Virus record (IMG/VR): IMGVR_UViG_3300025902_000617
DNA: 61,039 nucleotides
Origin: an uncultured virus (IMG/VR IMGVR_UViG_3300025902_000617)
Taxonomy: Duplodnaviria > Heunggongvirae > Uroviricota > Caudoviricetes
Direction: 5' to 3' (one strand)
Shown here: in pieces, positions 1 through 8,728 of the stretch
Layout: each line of letters starts with the position of its first letter
Numbering within the stretch: position 1 is the stretch's first letter
Made by a program: the position numbers and the translations under genes
The notes under the pieces: generated by a model
Seen by the model: only the letters and a program-made list of their open reading frames with translations
Told to the model about the DNA's origin: nothing
Database searches by the model: none

Positions 1-603
1 CCAGCCCCCTTTATACCACCACTCTTCGATAAAAGCCGTCTCACCAAAGACGAGTTCAAACACTACATCTACGAAATCGTGTTCAAAAAGTCAGCGAAGA
101 CTGTTCGTGATATGTCACTTGCTGGATATATCCACGCAGCATCTCCATATATCAAGGGTATCGAATCTGAAGTTGTTCACTACGGAACCGTTGGCGAACG
201 GAAAATAATGTGCGCGGTCATAAAATGTACCGTGACATTCTGTTGTGAAGATAAAGAACTGAAATTCACAGCACTAGCAGATGGCGATGTTACAAACGTC
301 CCGAGTTCGGACACCCTCATACGGACGGTTGAAACGCGAGCACTCAAACGCGCTATCGCGCGCGCACTCGATCTTTCTAAAGTAGACATGAATGAAAATT
401 TCATCGACGAGGAAGAGATCGGAACCCCATTAAACCACGATGGGGATTCGAGTGGCGCAGAGAATGCGCACAAACCGGCGTTCCGCAAGTCTCCTGCGGA
501 CATAGCCGAAGAAAAGCGTCAGAAAGCCATCAAAGCCGAGGAAGACGCCGAGCGCCAATCCGACGATGACGAGAACGAAGCTCGAAAAGCTGATAACTGG
601 TGA
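1..603 (+). CDS. Putative single-strand annealing protein (Rad52/ERF-like), 5'-truncated by the window edge
   Basis: Frame is open back to base 1. Motif ALADGD..LIRTVETRALKRAIARAL followed by an acidic disordered tail. Sits next to a nuclease and a helicase. Confidence 0.5.
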   Translation, partial: PAPFIPPLFDKSRLTKDEFKHYIYEIVFKKSAKTVRDMSLAGYIHAASPYIKGIESEVVHYGTVGERKIMCAVIKCTVTFCCEDKELKFTALADGDVTNVPSSDTLIRTVETRALKRAIARALDLSKVDMNENFIDEEEIGTPLNHDGDSSGAENAHKPAFRKSPADIAEEKRQKAIKAEEDAERQSDDDENEARKADNW

Positions 604-647
604 GTGCGCATAACCGCGCACCCCATATTTTTAAAGGTGAAAAGAGA

Positions 648-1208
648 ATGAGAACCGGAGCAGACGAGCACAACACAGAGGACAAAAAGTACTGGTGCGA
701 AAAATACGGAGTCGAGCATGAGACCATATTTTGCGATCTCATGACAAACGTGCTCAAACTTCCAACAATCATTAATCCAGAAAAGACAACTAATAGGTAT
801 GCCCCGGATCTTCTTGTCAACGACCACTTGGCGGATTTAAAATTCGTGGGGACTCCGTTTTACACATCCGCGCGTATTTCGAATATCAACCCGCAGTATT
901 GTGTAACGTTTGATCACAAGGATTATATCCGATATAAGACATTGTACCCCGATATCTACGTTTTCTTCTGGGTAAAATATCCAGACAGCACTGGGCACTA
1001 TTCAGAAGAAGTTGTTAATATTAAAGCTATGAACCACGTGTTTTTTGTTCCGTTCTCAAGGTTACAATCTTACATCGAAAACGAAGGTGTAAAGTACCAC
1101 GAATACAACAGGAGAAAAGATGATACCGATGGAAACGCGCGCGGGGCGTATTTGTTTGATGTCAGATCGTTCAGATGTTTGTATCAGGGAACGGATGTGA
1201 AGGTATGA
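648..1208 (+). CDS. PD-(D/E)XK-family nuclease
   Basis: YAPDLLVNDHLADLK motif. GGTGA SD before ATG 648. Confidence 0.55.
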   Translation: MRTGADEHNTEDKKYWCEKYGVEHETIFCDLMTNVLKLPTIINPEKTTNRYAPDLLVNDHLADLKFVGTPFYTSARISNINPQYCVTFDHKDYIRYKTLYPDIYVFFWVKYPDSTGHYSEEVVNIKAMNHVFFVPFSRLQSYIENEGVKYHEYNRRKDDTDGNARGAYLFDVRSFRCLYQGTDVKV

Positions 1209-2611
1209 CTGGCGAAGATGGATCTGTTGCAATCAACCGGTGGTCGGCACACCCGTACTACTTTATAAACGGATCACTCGACGAGCGCGTTATCAAATCT
1301 CTCAAGCGCGAAATGTCGTATATGGTTGCAAACTGTCAACGCACTACCGCCTTCCAGCAGGGGAAGTGGGACGGGCGTGAGTGCTTGCTTTACAAGACAA
1401 AGAAGGGTGTTTATTATTTCCCGACCGGAATGATCGATTGCGCAAAGAGAGTTCTCAACGACTTCGGAATCGAATATTTTGTTCAGGATATAAAGCTCGA
1501 CAACGTGAGAAAGAAGTACCAGCCACTCGACCTCAAATGGACAGGACTCGAACTACGGGATTACCAGAAGAAGGCTGTGATCGATATCCAGAATAGCGAA
1601 GGTGGAACGATTTGCCTCCCTACCGGTTCTGGGAAAACACTGATCATGCTTCGGATTGCATACGAGTATGATCTTCCGTTCATTGTCATCGTACACACAA
1701 AAGAGCTCTTATATCAGTGGGAGCGCACCGTGAAAGACTATTTCGATGGATACACCCCCGGCCTTGTTGGAGATGGGAATAGTCATTTCGATAGCAAGAT
1801 AACGATTGCAATGTTGCAAACAGTTCACCAGCTTGTCACCAAGGGAGAAGGCGCGCGATTAGCGCAATACCCGGTATTGTTTTTTGATGAAGTGCATAGG
1901 GTAGCTGCCGATACCGCATATGAAGTTGCCATGCATATAAATTCTCCCGCTCGCATAGGCAGCTCGGCAACACCTCAGCGCATTGACGGAAAGGAAAAGA
2001 AGCTGTGGGCAGCGGTAGGAGAGATTAAATCGCGCATCACCGCGGACGAACTTATCAAGCAGGGAATCCTTGCAAAACCGAAATTCATATTCTTAACTCC
2101 GCCCGCCGTTCACATTGGACGTGGAACGAAGTGGCACGATGCGTATTTGCAAGGCATAGTGCTGAACGAAGGACGAAACGATCTCATTATCAAAGTCACC
2201 AAGGAGCTTGCGGCGCAAGACCTGACCGTGTATGTGCATGTTGAACGCATAGACCATGGAGAGATGCTTCACGGAAGGCTCCCGGGTTCAGTATTCCTGA
2301 GTGGAACTGACAACTCAACGCGCAGGCAACTTGTGCTTAAAGATTTCGAAGATGGTAAGATCAAAATATTAATCTCGACACTATTGAGAGAAGGTGTGTC
2401 TATCAATTCAATGAATTGTTTTGTTGCTGCTGGAGGAATGAAATCCCCGATTGGTGTCATCCAGCGCATTGGAAGAGCACTCAGGATTGCTCCGGGAAAG
2501 ACCGAGGCGGTTATTGTGGACTTTAGGGATTCTGGACGATACACCGGTGACCATTGGCAAGAAAGATTTGAAACATATTGCGAAACATTTGGGGATTACG
2601 TACCAAAATGA
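1205..2611 (+). CDS. Superfamily 2 DExH helicase (XPB/Rad25/UvsW-like)
   Basis: LRDYQ, PTGSGKT (Walker A), DEVH, SAT, LREGVSI and QRIGRALR motifs. ATGA overlap with the upstream stop. Confidence 0.92.
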   Translation: MTGEDGSVAINRWSAHPYYFINGSLDERVIKSLKREMSYMVANCQRTTAFQQGKWDGRECLLYKTKKGVYYFPTGMIDCAKRVLNDFGIEYFVQDIKLDNVRKKYQPLDLKWTGLELRDYQKKAVIDIQNSEGGTICLPTGSGKTLIMLRIAYEYDLPFIVIVHTKELLYQWERTVKDYFDGYTPGLVGDGNSHFDSKITIAMLQTVHQLVTKGEGARLAQYPVLFFDEVHRVAADTAYEVAMHINSPARIGSSATPQRIDGKEKKLWAAVGEIKSRITADELIKQGILAKPKFIFLTPPAVHIGRGTKWHDAYLQGIVLNEGRNDLIIKVTKELAAQDLTVYVHVERIDHGEMLHGRLPGSVFLSGTDNSTRRQLVLKDFEDGKIKILISTLLREGVSINSMNCFVAAGGMKSPIGVIQRIGRALRIAPGKTEAVIVDFRDSGRYTGDHWQERFETYCETFGDYVPK

Positions 2612-3309
2612 TTGGGAAGCAAGGGGATAAAAATCCGAATTGGAAGGGTGGAAAAGAGAGGCGCGCGTGTATTGACTGCGGAAAATTATCTGCACCAAAG
2701 TACCCATCTACGTTTTCCCGTCCACCAGAAGTATACCGTTGCTTTAGATGCTCTATAATATTCCGTAGTGGTGTCTATCACGATTCACCGACCGCAAGAT
2801 ACGTTTGCATTGATTGTGGTAAGTTGTCAACTGAGCAGCGAATATCAGATTTTAGTCAACCAAGAGAAAAATATAGGTGTTTAAGTTGTTCAAAGAAAGG
2901 AAAGGCGCGTCCGTATGAAACACGCAAAAAAATATCTGAAACAAGATTAAGTAGAGGATATATTGGATGGAGTAAGGGAAAGGAGTGTCCGCAATTTAGT
3001 AGAGAAAACAATCCTAACTGGAGAGGTGGAATTTCAGAGACGTTGAAAGGAGTAAGGCAATCTAAGAAATATAGATTTTGGAGAGATACTGTATTTGAGC
3101 GCGATAATTATACTTGTCAGATTTCAGGAGTACAAAGTTACGATGAGGTTGAAGCTCATCATATTATTCAATTCTCCGATTTGCTACGTAAATATAATAT
3201 AGATACATATGAAAAAGCAATGGATTGCGCGGAACTATGGGATGTAAGTAATGGTATTACGATGTTGAAATCCGTCCACAGATCTTATCACGAGATTTAC
3301 TGCCCCTAA
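2608..3309 (+). CDS. HNH homing-endonuclease-like protein with CxxC zinc ribbons
   Basis: NPNWKGG/NPNWRGG repeats, CIDCGK x2, FERDNYTCQ..EAHHI..NGITM..HRSYH. Confidence 0.8.
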   Translation: MIGKQGDKNPNWKGGKERRACIDCGKLSAPKYPSTFSRPPEVYRCFRCSIIFRSGVYHDSPTARYVCIDCGKLSTEQRISDFSQPREKYRCLSCSKKGKARPYETRKKISETRLSRGYIGWSKGKECPQFSRENNPNWRGGISETLKGVRQSKKYRFWRDTVFERDNYTCQISGVQSYDEVEAHHIIQFSDLLRKYNIDTYEKAMDCAELWDVSNGITMLKSVHRSYHEIYCP

Positions 3310-3359
3310 ATTTTGATAGAAACGCTTTTATAGTCTTCGCGTCGTACCATATACATACG

Positions 3360-3713
3360 ATGAAATATTTGGGCGGTGGAGAAGACGATCCACACTGTCC
3401 TCAGTGTAGGCAATTCGTTAAGAACGCAGACCTCATTGTGCAGTTGATGGATGATGCAGAGCGCAAGATGAAAGTTTTACTCGAAGATCTGCACAAGTAT
3501 GAATGGATTGTCATTGAAAATGCACAGGGCATTAAGAATATGCGAAAGGAAGGTCTCGAAGTCGATGAAGAGTCGTTCGATGTTGCGTTCAAGCAGACTA
3601 AGCATTTCCTGAGAATGCTTGAAACTATAAACAGTCACCTCAATAAAATGCAAAGAGATTATAACGACATCAACTCATATGATAATCAGACCATGGGGGA
3701 TACCCGGTACTAA
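3360..3713 (+). CDS. Hypothetical protein (CxxC, helical)
   Basis: ORF with TTTTATA box ~30 nt upstream, consistent with a leaderless gene. Confidence 0.6.
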   Translation: MKYLGGGEDDPHCPQCRQFVKNADLIVQLMDDAERKMKVLLEDLHKYEWIVIENAQGIKNMRKEGLEVDEESFDVAFKQTKHFLRMLETINSHLNKMQRDYNDINSYDNQTMGDTRY

Positions 3714-3758
3714 TGTTTAAATACGTTGGAGTATAAGTATTATTTACTTGGTGTAAAG

Positions 3759-5330
3759 ATGGCAGGTTGTGGGGATCTTGGTCTTGTAGGTGATAAAGCC
3801 AACTGCACGTATTGTGATGCAAATAAAAATTTATGGAAGTGCGTTAATGGTAATGTCACATTTGTTTCTGCTGGATGTACCGGCGCCGAAGCAACCGACG
3901 TTACCAAGTGTACCGGTGGGGGTGGATTTGATATATGGGGGGCTATCACTAAGCCTTTTACTGCCATTCTCAATCCCGCGCCCACTCCGACTATATCAGC
4001 ATCCCCCGGAAGCGGTTACGCCCCGCTTAACACCACCATTACAGTATCGTGGACAAACGGCGCACTTGACGGATATATTGAATTTGGCGATGGAGACTGG
4101 AAAGGAAGCGTCCTCGGCGGATCCTTTTCCCACACGTACTCGTCTCCCGGAACGTATACCGTAAAATATACAGTAGAAGCAGAAGGCGGCACCGGGTATG
4201 CAACTACCACCGTGACCGTCAGGGAAACCCCGAATGTCCCAAAATGTGAATATGATACACTATTGGGGAGTTTTGCGTGTGCGGACGACGGTAATACATA
4301 CGTGTGCAAACGAGATTCTACTGGAACAGGGGTTCATTTGGAATTTTTCAAGGCAGGGTGTGGAGCTACTTATACACCCACCCCGGTAATCACTACAGGA
4401 TGCCCAACCGGGATGTCTCCAGACGGTGTTGGTGGATGCACTTGGAACGAAAATGTACCTTCTCAAACAAATTGTCCGACAGGATCGCATTTCAATCCTG
4501 CAACATCTGCATGTGATTGGGATACCACTATTCCAACAACTGAAAATTGCCCAACCGGATCACATTTCAACCCATCGACGGCCACATGCGAGTGGGATAC
4601 CACTGTCCCAACAACCGAAAATTGCCCAACGGGATCACATTTAAACCCATCGACAGCAACGTGCGAATGGGATACGATTCCAGATAGTGGGAGTAGACCC
4701 ATTGCAAAAATAACAGTAGGCTCATCAACCGGCACTGCCCCGTATACAGTTACGTTTAATAACGCGACTACCGGGACAATCACACTTGGGCGCATTGATT
4801 ATGGGGATGGATATGTAGAATCGCTTCTCGGTGGAAACCCGACACACACGTTTACCAAAGCGGGGACATATACGGTCAAGTATACTGCCGCAAACATGAA
4901 CGGTTCTTCAAATTCTTCGGTCACTATAACGGTAAGCGCTGGTGCCATTACCCCACCGGTTACAACCAACCCGCCGGTTACAACTAACCCGCCGGTTACA
5001 ACTAACCCGCCGGTTACAACACTCCCACCCGGAGTCACATGCAATACCTCAAACTGTAACAAAGCCGGAGCCGGATGCGTTAACAACAAGTGCGTTCAGG
5101 TAGACTGTTCACCACCTTGTCCCACTGGTTATACATGCAATAAAACCAAATGGTCTTGCGATAAAAACACCACTGGCGGATCTGGAAGTGGATCCGGTGC
5201 CGTACCGTGCGAAGGACTGAATCGCGGAGACGCGTTCGATATCTCGTGTATCTCCGAACCGGGTAACGAGATGTACCTCTACGGAGCAATAGGACTCGTC
5301 GCTCTTATTTTCCTCATGAAAAAGAAATAA
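3759..5330 (+). CDS. Cys-rich, two-PKD-domain protein with C-terminal membrane anchor (putative virion surface protein)
   Basis: Two PKD motifs (FGDG..SHTYSSPGTYTVKYT; YGDG..THTFTKAGTYTVKYT), 25-aa CPTGSHFNP..CEWD repeats, PPVTTN repeats, C-terminal TM plus KKK. GGTG SD before ATG 3759. Confidence 0.8.
   Translation: MAGCGDLGLVGDKANCTYCDANKNLWKCVNGNVTFVSAGCTGAEATDVTKCTGGGGFDIWGAITKPFTAILNPAPTPTISASPGSGYAPLNTTITVSWTNGALDGYIEFGDGDWKGSVLGGSFSHTYSSPGTYTVKYTVEAEGGTGYATTTVTVRETPNVPKCEYDTLLGSFACADDGNTYVCKRDSTGTGVHLEFFKAGCGATYTPTPVITTGCPTGMSPDGVGGCTWNENVPSQTNCPTGSHFNPATSACDWDTTIPTTENCPTGSHFNPSTATCEWDTTVPTTENCPTGSHLNPSTATCEWDTIPDSGSRPIAKITVGSSTGTAPYTVTFNNATTGTITLGRIDYGDGYVESLLGGNPTHTFTKAGTYTVKYTAANMNGSSNSSVTITVSAGAITPPVTTNPPVTTNPPVTTNPPVTTLPPGVTCNTSNCNKAGAGCVNNKCVQVDCSPPCPTGYTCNKTKWSCDKNTTGGSGSGSGAVPCEGLNRGDAFDISCISEPGNEMYLYGAIGLVALIFLMKKK
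4403..4680 (+). repeat. ~75-bp coding tandem repeat (CPTGSHFNPSTATCEWDTTxPTTEN), three copies plus one degenerate
   Basis: Directly visible in the translation. Confidence 0.85.
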
Positions 5331-5342
5331 TAACAACTACGC

Positions 5343-5384
5343 TTTTTTAAAAAAGGTTACGCAATTCCCGCAACGCGGGAATTG
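5343..5384. terminator. Putative bidirectional terminator between convergent genes
   Basis: T6A6 tract (5343-5354) and perfect 10-bp hairpin CAATTCCCGC-AAC-GCGGGAATTG (5362-5384). Confidence 0.65.
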
Positions 5385-5388
5385 GTGT

Positions 5389-5673
5389 TCAGTATCCAAA
5401 CGCAACGGTAGTCAGTTTGCAACCAGTCGGAGCACCAATTGTGGTGATCGTGATATAGTTGTTCGAGGTCAGCATCTTGAATAACGCCGGTGTATCGCCC
5501 GGCGCCTTAACTGATAGATGAATGTCCTCTATGAACTTGAGAGGTTCGATGTAGTTAGCAATTGACTGGGTGGTTCCGGCATCGGTAACCCAGTCGCTGA
5601 CGACCATTTTTGTTCCATCGGACAATGTTCCCACGACAGTGTGAGATACTCCTGATACGAGACACTGCGCCAT
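5389..5673 (-). CDS. Small beta-rich putative virion protein, paralog 3 of 3
   Basis: HTVVGTLSDGTKMVVSD motif shared with the two neighbours. GGTG SD. Confidence 0.7.
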   Translation of the reverse strand: MAQCLVSGVSHTVVGTLSDGTKMVVSDWVTDAGTTQSIANYIEPLKFIEDIHLSVKAPGDTPALFKMLTSNNYITITTIGAPTGCKLTTVAFGY

Positions 5674-5674
5674 T

Positions 5675-5995
5675 TTAGACACCTACCACGAGAAGATCTA
5701 GGACGTTGCTAGTAGCGTCGGCACTCGGTGTGATGTAGATCACGTTGTTCCCAGACAGGTACGATGTATCTCCGCCAAACACCGATGTATACGTTACTCC
5801 AACACCAGCGCCAGCGGTGACAGTATCGCGCGGGAATACGTTCCACGCCACGATTCTGGTAGTCTCTTTTATGGTGATCGGAGTTGCAGTAACACCGCCA
5901 TCTTCTGGGATGACCTTGTAGTGGATTAGTTTAAGTCCATTGTCAAGTGTCCCAACAATGCGGTGAACATCGGTTGTGTGTGTAAATACTGCCAT
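5675..5995 (-). CDS. Small beta-rich putative virion protein, paralog 2 of 3
   Basis: HRIVGTLDNGLK and DTSYLSGNNVIYITP. GGTGA SD. Confidence 0.7.
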   Translation of the reverse strand: MAVFTHTTDVHRIVGTLDNGLKLIHYKVIPEDGGVTATPITIKETTRIVAWNVFPRDTVTAGAGVGVTYTSVFGGDTSYLSGNNVIYITPSADATSNVLDLLVVGV

Positions 5996-5997
5996 GT

Positions 5998-6303
5998 TCA
6001 ATCACCTATCGACGTGATGCACAATTTTGCGCCTGTAGTGGTCGCGCCCGGTGTAACGTAGATCACGTTACTTCCGGACAGATACGATGTATCGGATCCG
6101 AGAACCGCGGTAAATGCGCCACTTGTGTTTCCTACAGTTTTTACTCCCATAAACCACTGGTCGATCTTGACGAGCGGTTTTATCGTGCACGGTGTGATGC
6201 CAGCTGTGCCGTTGTCCGTGGTGAAATCGCTGAATACAATCTTCTTACCGTTGCTGGTTACACCAACAACCGTGTGCTGTCCAGAGATTTTTACTGCTGC
6301 CAT
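5998..6303 (-). CDS. Small beta-rich putative virion protein, paralog 1 of 3
   Basis: HTVVGVTSNGKK and DTSYLSGSNVIYVTP. GGAGGT SD. Confidence 0.7.
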   Translation of the reverse strand: MAAVKISGQHTVVGVTSNGKKIVFSDFTTDNGTAGITPCTIKPLVKIDQWFMGVKTVGNTSGAFTAVLGSDTSYLSGSNVIYVTPGATTTGAKLCITSIGD

Positions 6304-6340
6304 GGATATTTACCTCCAAAAATGTTGGATGATAATATCA

Positions 6341-7210
6341 TCACGGAGCCACAGACGTGTTGGTACGAGCACTCATTGCCGACTTGTTGAAGTCGCTTTC
6401 GTAGAAGACCATACCGAGCAGCGGGATGTACGAAACGCCGGCGTCTCCAGTACCCTGAGCAACGACCTGAACACCAGTCTGGTGAGAGACCGGGATGATA
6501 CCGGGCGTGCTGTACTGATAGATAGACCTGTCCTCTTCAATGCTCTGGCACAGAAGCGGGTTCTGCGCAATCGGGACATACTTGTCCATGAGCTGTGACT
6601 TGAAGAACAGCTGCTGGATGCGCGGTGTGGTTCCAATCTCGACGATACCGTCTTGGAACAGGACTACGTACGAGTGCTTTCCGGTTTCGCCAGAGCCCTT
6701 GTAGTAGTTCGTAACGGTTGCCGCAGGAGTACCCTTTGTTGACCAGCTTCCGAGAAGCGGGACGGGGTAGTTGTTTGCTGCCGCGAAGTTGAGGTTCCAT
6801 GACCCGAACCCGGTGATGGTTGAGTCGAGATACTCGGTAAACCCGTTGCTACCGTCAGCACCATCGGCCACGGTGGCGCTTGAGTTGTAGTTGAACGTAT
6901 ACGGTGTGAGGAAGTCAACACCGAGACCGCCCTGCTGGCCGGGATATGAATAGGTCTTGGTTTCCGGGAAGGTGCCCTTCGCAATCTGTGCGAACTTCAC
7001 CATCGCCTCACGCTGCGGGCGGAGCGATGCCGCCAGCTTCGGCGATACGTTTTCAATCTTCTTTACATTCTGATCAAAGCAGTAGAGGACTGCATCGCGC
7101 TCTTCAGCAGCCATGTCTGCGATGTCGATGAGATCCTTTCCACCTGAGAAAACACGGATTCCCGCGTTAGCTTCAGGAGCAAACATCTCGCAAATTCTCG
7201 CCTGTACCAT
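6341..7210 (-). CDS. Candidate major capsid/structural protein (helical N-terminus, beta-rich C-terminus; fold unassigned)
   Basis: 289 aa, strongly C/G-ending codon bias suggesting high expression, strong GGAGGT SD, first gene of a structural-looking operon. No HK97 motifs recognised. Confidence 0.5.
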   Translation of the reverse strand: MVQARICEMFAPEANAGIRVFSGGKDLIDIADMAAEERDAVLYCFDQNVKKIENVSPKLAASLRPQREAMVKFAQIAKGTFPETKTYSYPGQQGGLGVDFLTPYTFNYNSSATVADGADGSNGFTEYLDSTITGFGSWNLNFAAANNYPVPLLGSWSTKGTPAATVTNYYKGSGETGKHSYVVLFQDGIVEIGTTPRIQQLFFKSQLMDKYVPIAQNPLLCQSIEEDRSIYQYSTPGIIPVSHQTGVQVVAQGTGDAGVSYIPLLGMVFYESDFNKSAMSARTNTSVAP

Positions 7211-7214
7211 AATA

Positions 7215-7328
7215 ATACCTCCATATTAATACGTTTATAAAAGTCTGTCCCTTTACAAACGCATTGGTTTTCAGCGGCTCTCATTTCAGCCGACAACTAT
7301 ATATTATCCGGGAACCTATATTAACATT
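7215..7328. promoter_or_regulatory. Overlapping divergent archaeal promoters and structured 5'UTR of the 6341-7210 gene
   Basis: Minus-strand TTAATATA ~7316-7324, plus-strand TATATATT ~7298-7305, two hairpins in the minus-strand leader. Confidence 0.55.
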
Positions 7329-7529
7329 ATGTCAGTCATGATAACAAAGCCACCCAAGAAGGACTTAAAATTGTATATCCGATGCTCGAACAAGGAGACC
7401 ATCCGTGCGTTCAAGAGAGCCGCCGCAGACTTCGATAACTACGAGGATCTCATCGCATGGCTCGGTAAGAATTACCAGACCTTCACGAAGATTGTGCCTC
7501 CGTACCCAGTACATGGCGGTGTTCTTTGA
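7329..7529 (+). CDS. Small putative DNA-binding protein (RHH-like pattern)
   Basis: 66 aa, beta-strand (KLYIR) followed by two helices. Leaderless. Confidence 0.45.
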   Translation: MSVMITKPPKKDLKLYIRCSNKETIRAFKRAAADFDNYEDLIAWLGKNYQTFTKIVPPYPVHGGVL

Positions 7530-7792
7530 AACCAATCGTCGAATGCAAGCAATGCGGTGAATGTTGCAAGGTATTTGCAGTGAAGAGGGTTTCAAAAACA
7601 AAACAACTCATGGAATATGCAACCATCCATGGATATTCGTTTGATGGTGATACGTTACTCATTCCGTCAAGGTGCCCACACCTCACGGAAAACAATAAAT
7701 GCGATATTCATGCAACGCGCCCGCAGATTTGTCGGGACTACAATGGGAGATCGAAGAAATATTATACTCCTAAGACATGTGTATATAGGTGA
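7526..7792 (+). CDS. YkgJ-family Cys-cluster (Zn/Fe-S) protein
   Basis: CKQCGECC...CPHL....CDIHATRPQICRDY. Confidence 0.8.
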   Translation: MKPIVECKQCGECCKVFAVKRVSKTKQLMEYATIHGYSFDGDTLLIPSRCPHLTENNKCDIHATRPQICRDYNGRSKKYYTPKTCVYR

Positions 7793-7795
7793 ATT

Positions 7796-8038
7796 ATGGG
7801 AAAAGGGGATCGGTATTTTATATATGAATCGCCGCGCGGGGCGCTTGACGGCAGTGGAAGGAAGATCTATTTCGAAGATTACGCCCAAGCGTGGGCATAC
7901 GTGCTTGAGCACCGGCCACCGGGCGGGGAACGGGGCATTTATCACATAAACCCCGTGGACAAATCAGGGTTCCAGTCGAAGAACGAGGGTAGGGTTTCCT
8001 TCGGTGAAGGAAACAAAGAATGGGAGAAGAGGAGATAA
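7796..8038 (+). CDS. Hypothetical protein
   Basis: GGTGA SD, tight operon spacing. Confidence 0.55.
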   Translation: MGKGDRYFIYESPRGALDGSGRKIYFEDYAQAWAYVLEHRPPGGERGIYHINPVDKSGFQSKNEGRVSFGEGNKEWEKRR

Positions 8039-8042
8039 GAAG

Positions 8043-8246
8043 ATGGCGTTATTTGGTTCACGGAAGGGGAATGAATGGTGGTTAGAAGTTGACAAAGCCG
8101 AGGGGAAAGTTCTTAAGCTTACCCGACGGTTAGAATATCTCGAATCCGGGAAATTCGATATACAAGAAGAAATCAGACAGACGCATAAGCGACTTGTTGA
8201 TGCAAAGCTGGCACTGCGAGAAATAAAGGATAACTACTACGATTGA
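8043..8246 (+). CDS. Hypothetical coiled-coil protein
   Basis: GGAG SD before ATG 8043, heptad pattern. Confidence 0.55.
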   Translation: MALFGSRKGNEWWLEVDKAEGKVLKLTRRLEYLESGKFDIQEEIRQTHKRLVDAKLALREIKDNYYD

Positions 8247-8261
8247 TCGGATTGTGATTAT

Positions 8262-8636
8262 ATGAGATTAGACAAATCCATAGCATCGTTTGTAAAGACC
8301 CTTAACAAAGTTGATGGAGTATATCCAGCATCTTCGTGCGGTGGTCACAAAAAACCCAGAGGTTCACAACAGCCACTGGGTAGTTTTTTCGTTATAATGA
8401 TAATCAAAAACAAGCAGTTTCTTGAGGAATTACAAGAACTTATATCATATGGAGAGTCTGTTGCATCTTTAGAGTACAACGACATGTATGAGACGTGGGC
8501 ACTAGGTAGTACTATATACCTGAAAGATGAAGTCTTTGAACCGTGGTTGGAGGGTTATTTACTCGAAACTGGTGAATACAAGCCAGAAAGTGAGTGGGAC
8601 GTATTTTATAGTTACGGGGCTAGTCCAGAGGACTGA
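8262..8636 (+). CDS. Hypothetical protein with a Tyw3-like N-terminal motif
   Basis: LDKSIASFVKTLN..GVYPASSCGGH resembles the D..I..L...N....T.SSC.G motif. Confidence 0.45.
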   Translation: MRLDKSIASFVKTLNKVDGVYPASSCGGHKKPRGSQQPLGSFFVIMIIKNKQFLEELQELISYGESVASLEYNDMYETWALGSTIYLKDEVFEPWLEGYLLETGEYKPESEWDVFYSYGASPED

Positions 8637-8728
8637 TTCCACTTAACACACGGGAACAGAACAGAATAGAATACAATAACAGAGAGCAGAAACATACCTT
8701 TATAAACTTAAAACGCATACGATATAGT

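Noticed and set aside
7262..7296. Hammerhead-like CTGA..GA..GAAA in the capsid-candidate leader (and similar at ~49815-49850)
   Set aside because: Core spacing does not fit CUGANGA/GAAA and the three required stems cannot be built.
8652..8695. Short AACAG/AATAG pentamer run
   Set aside because: Only a few degenerate copies of low-complexity intergenic sequence; no support for iterons.
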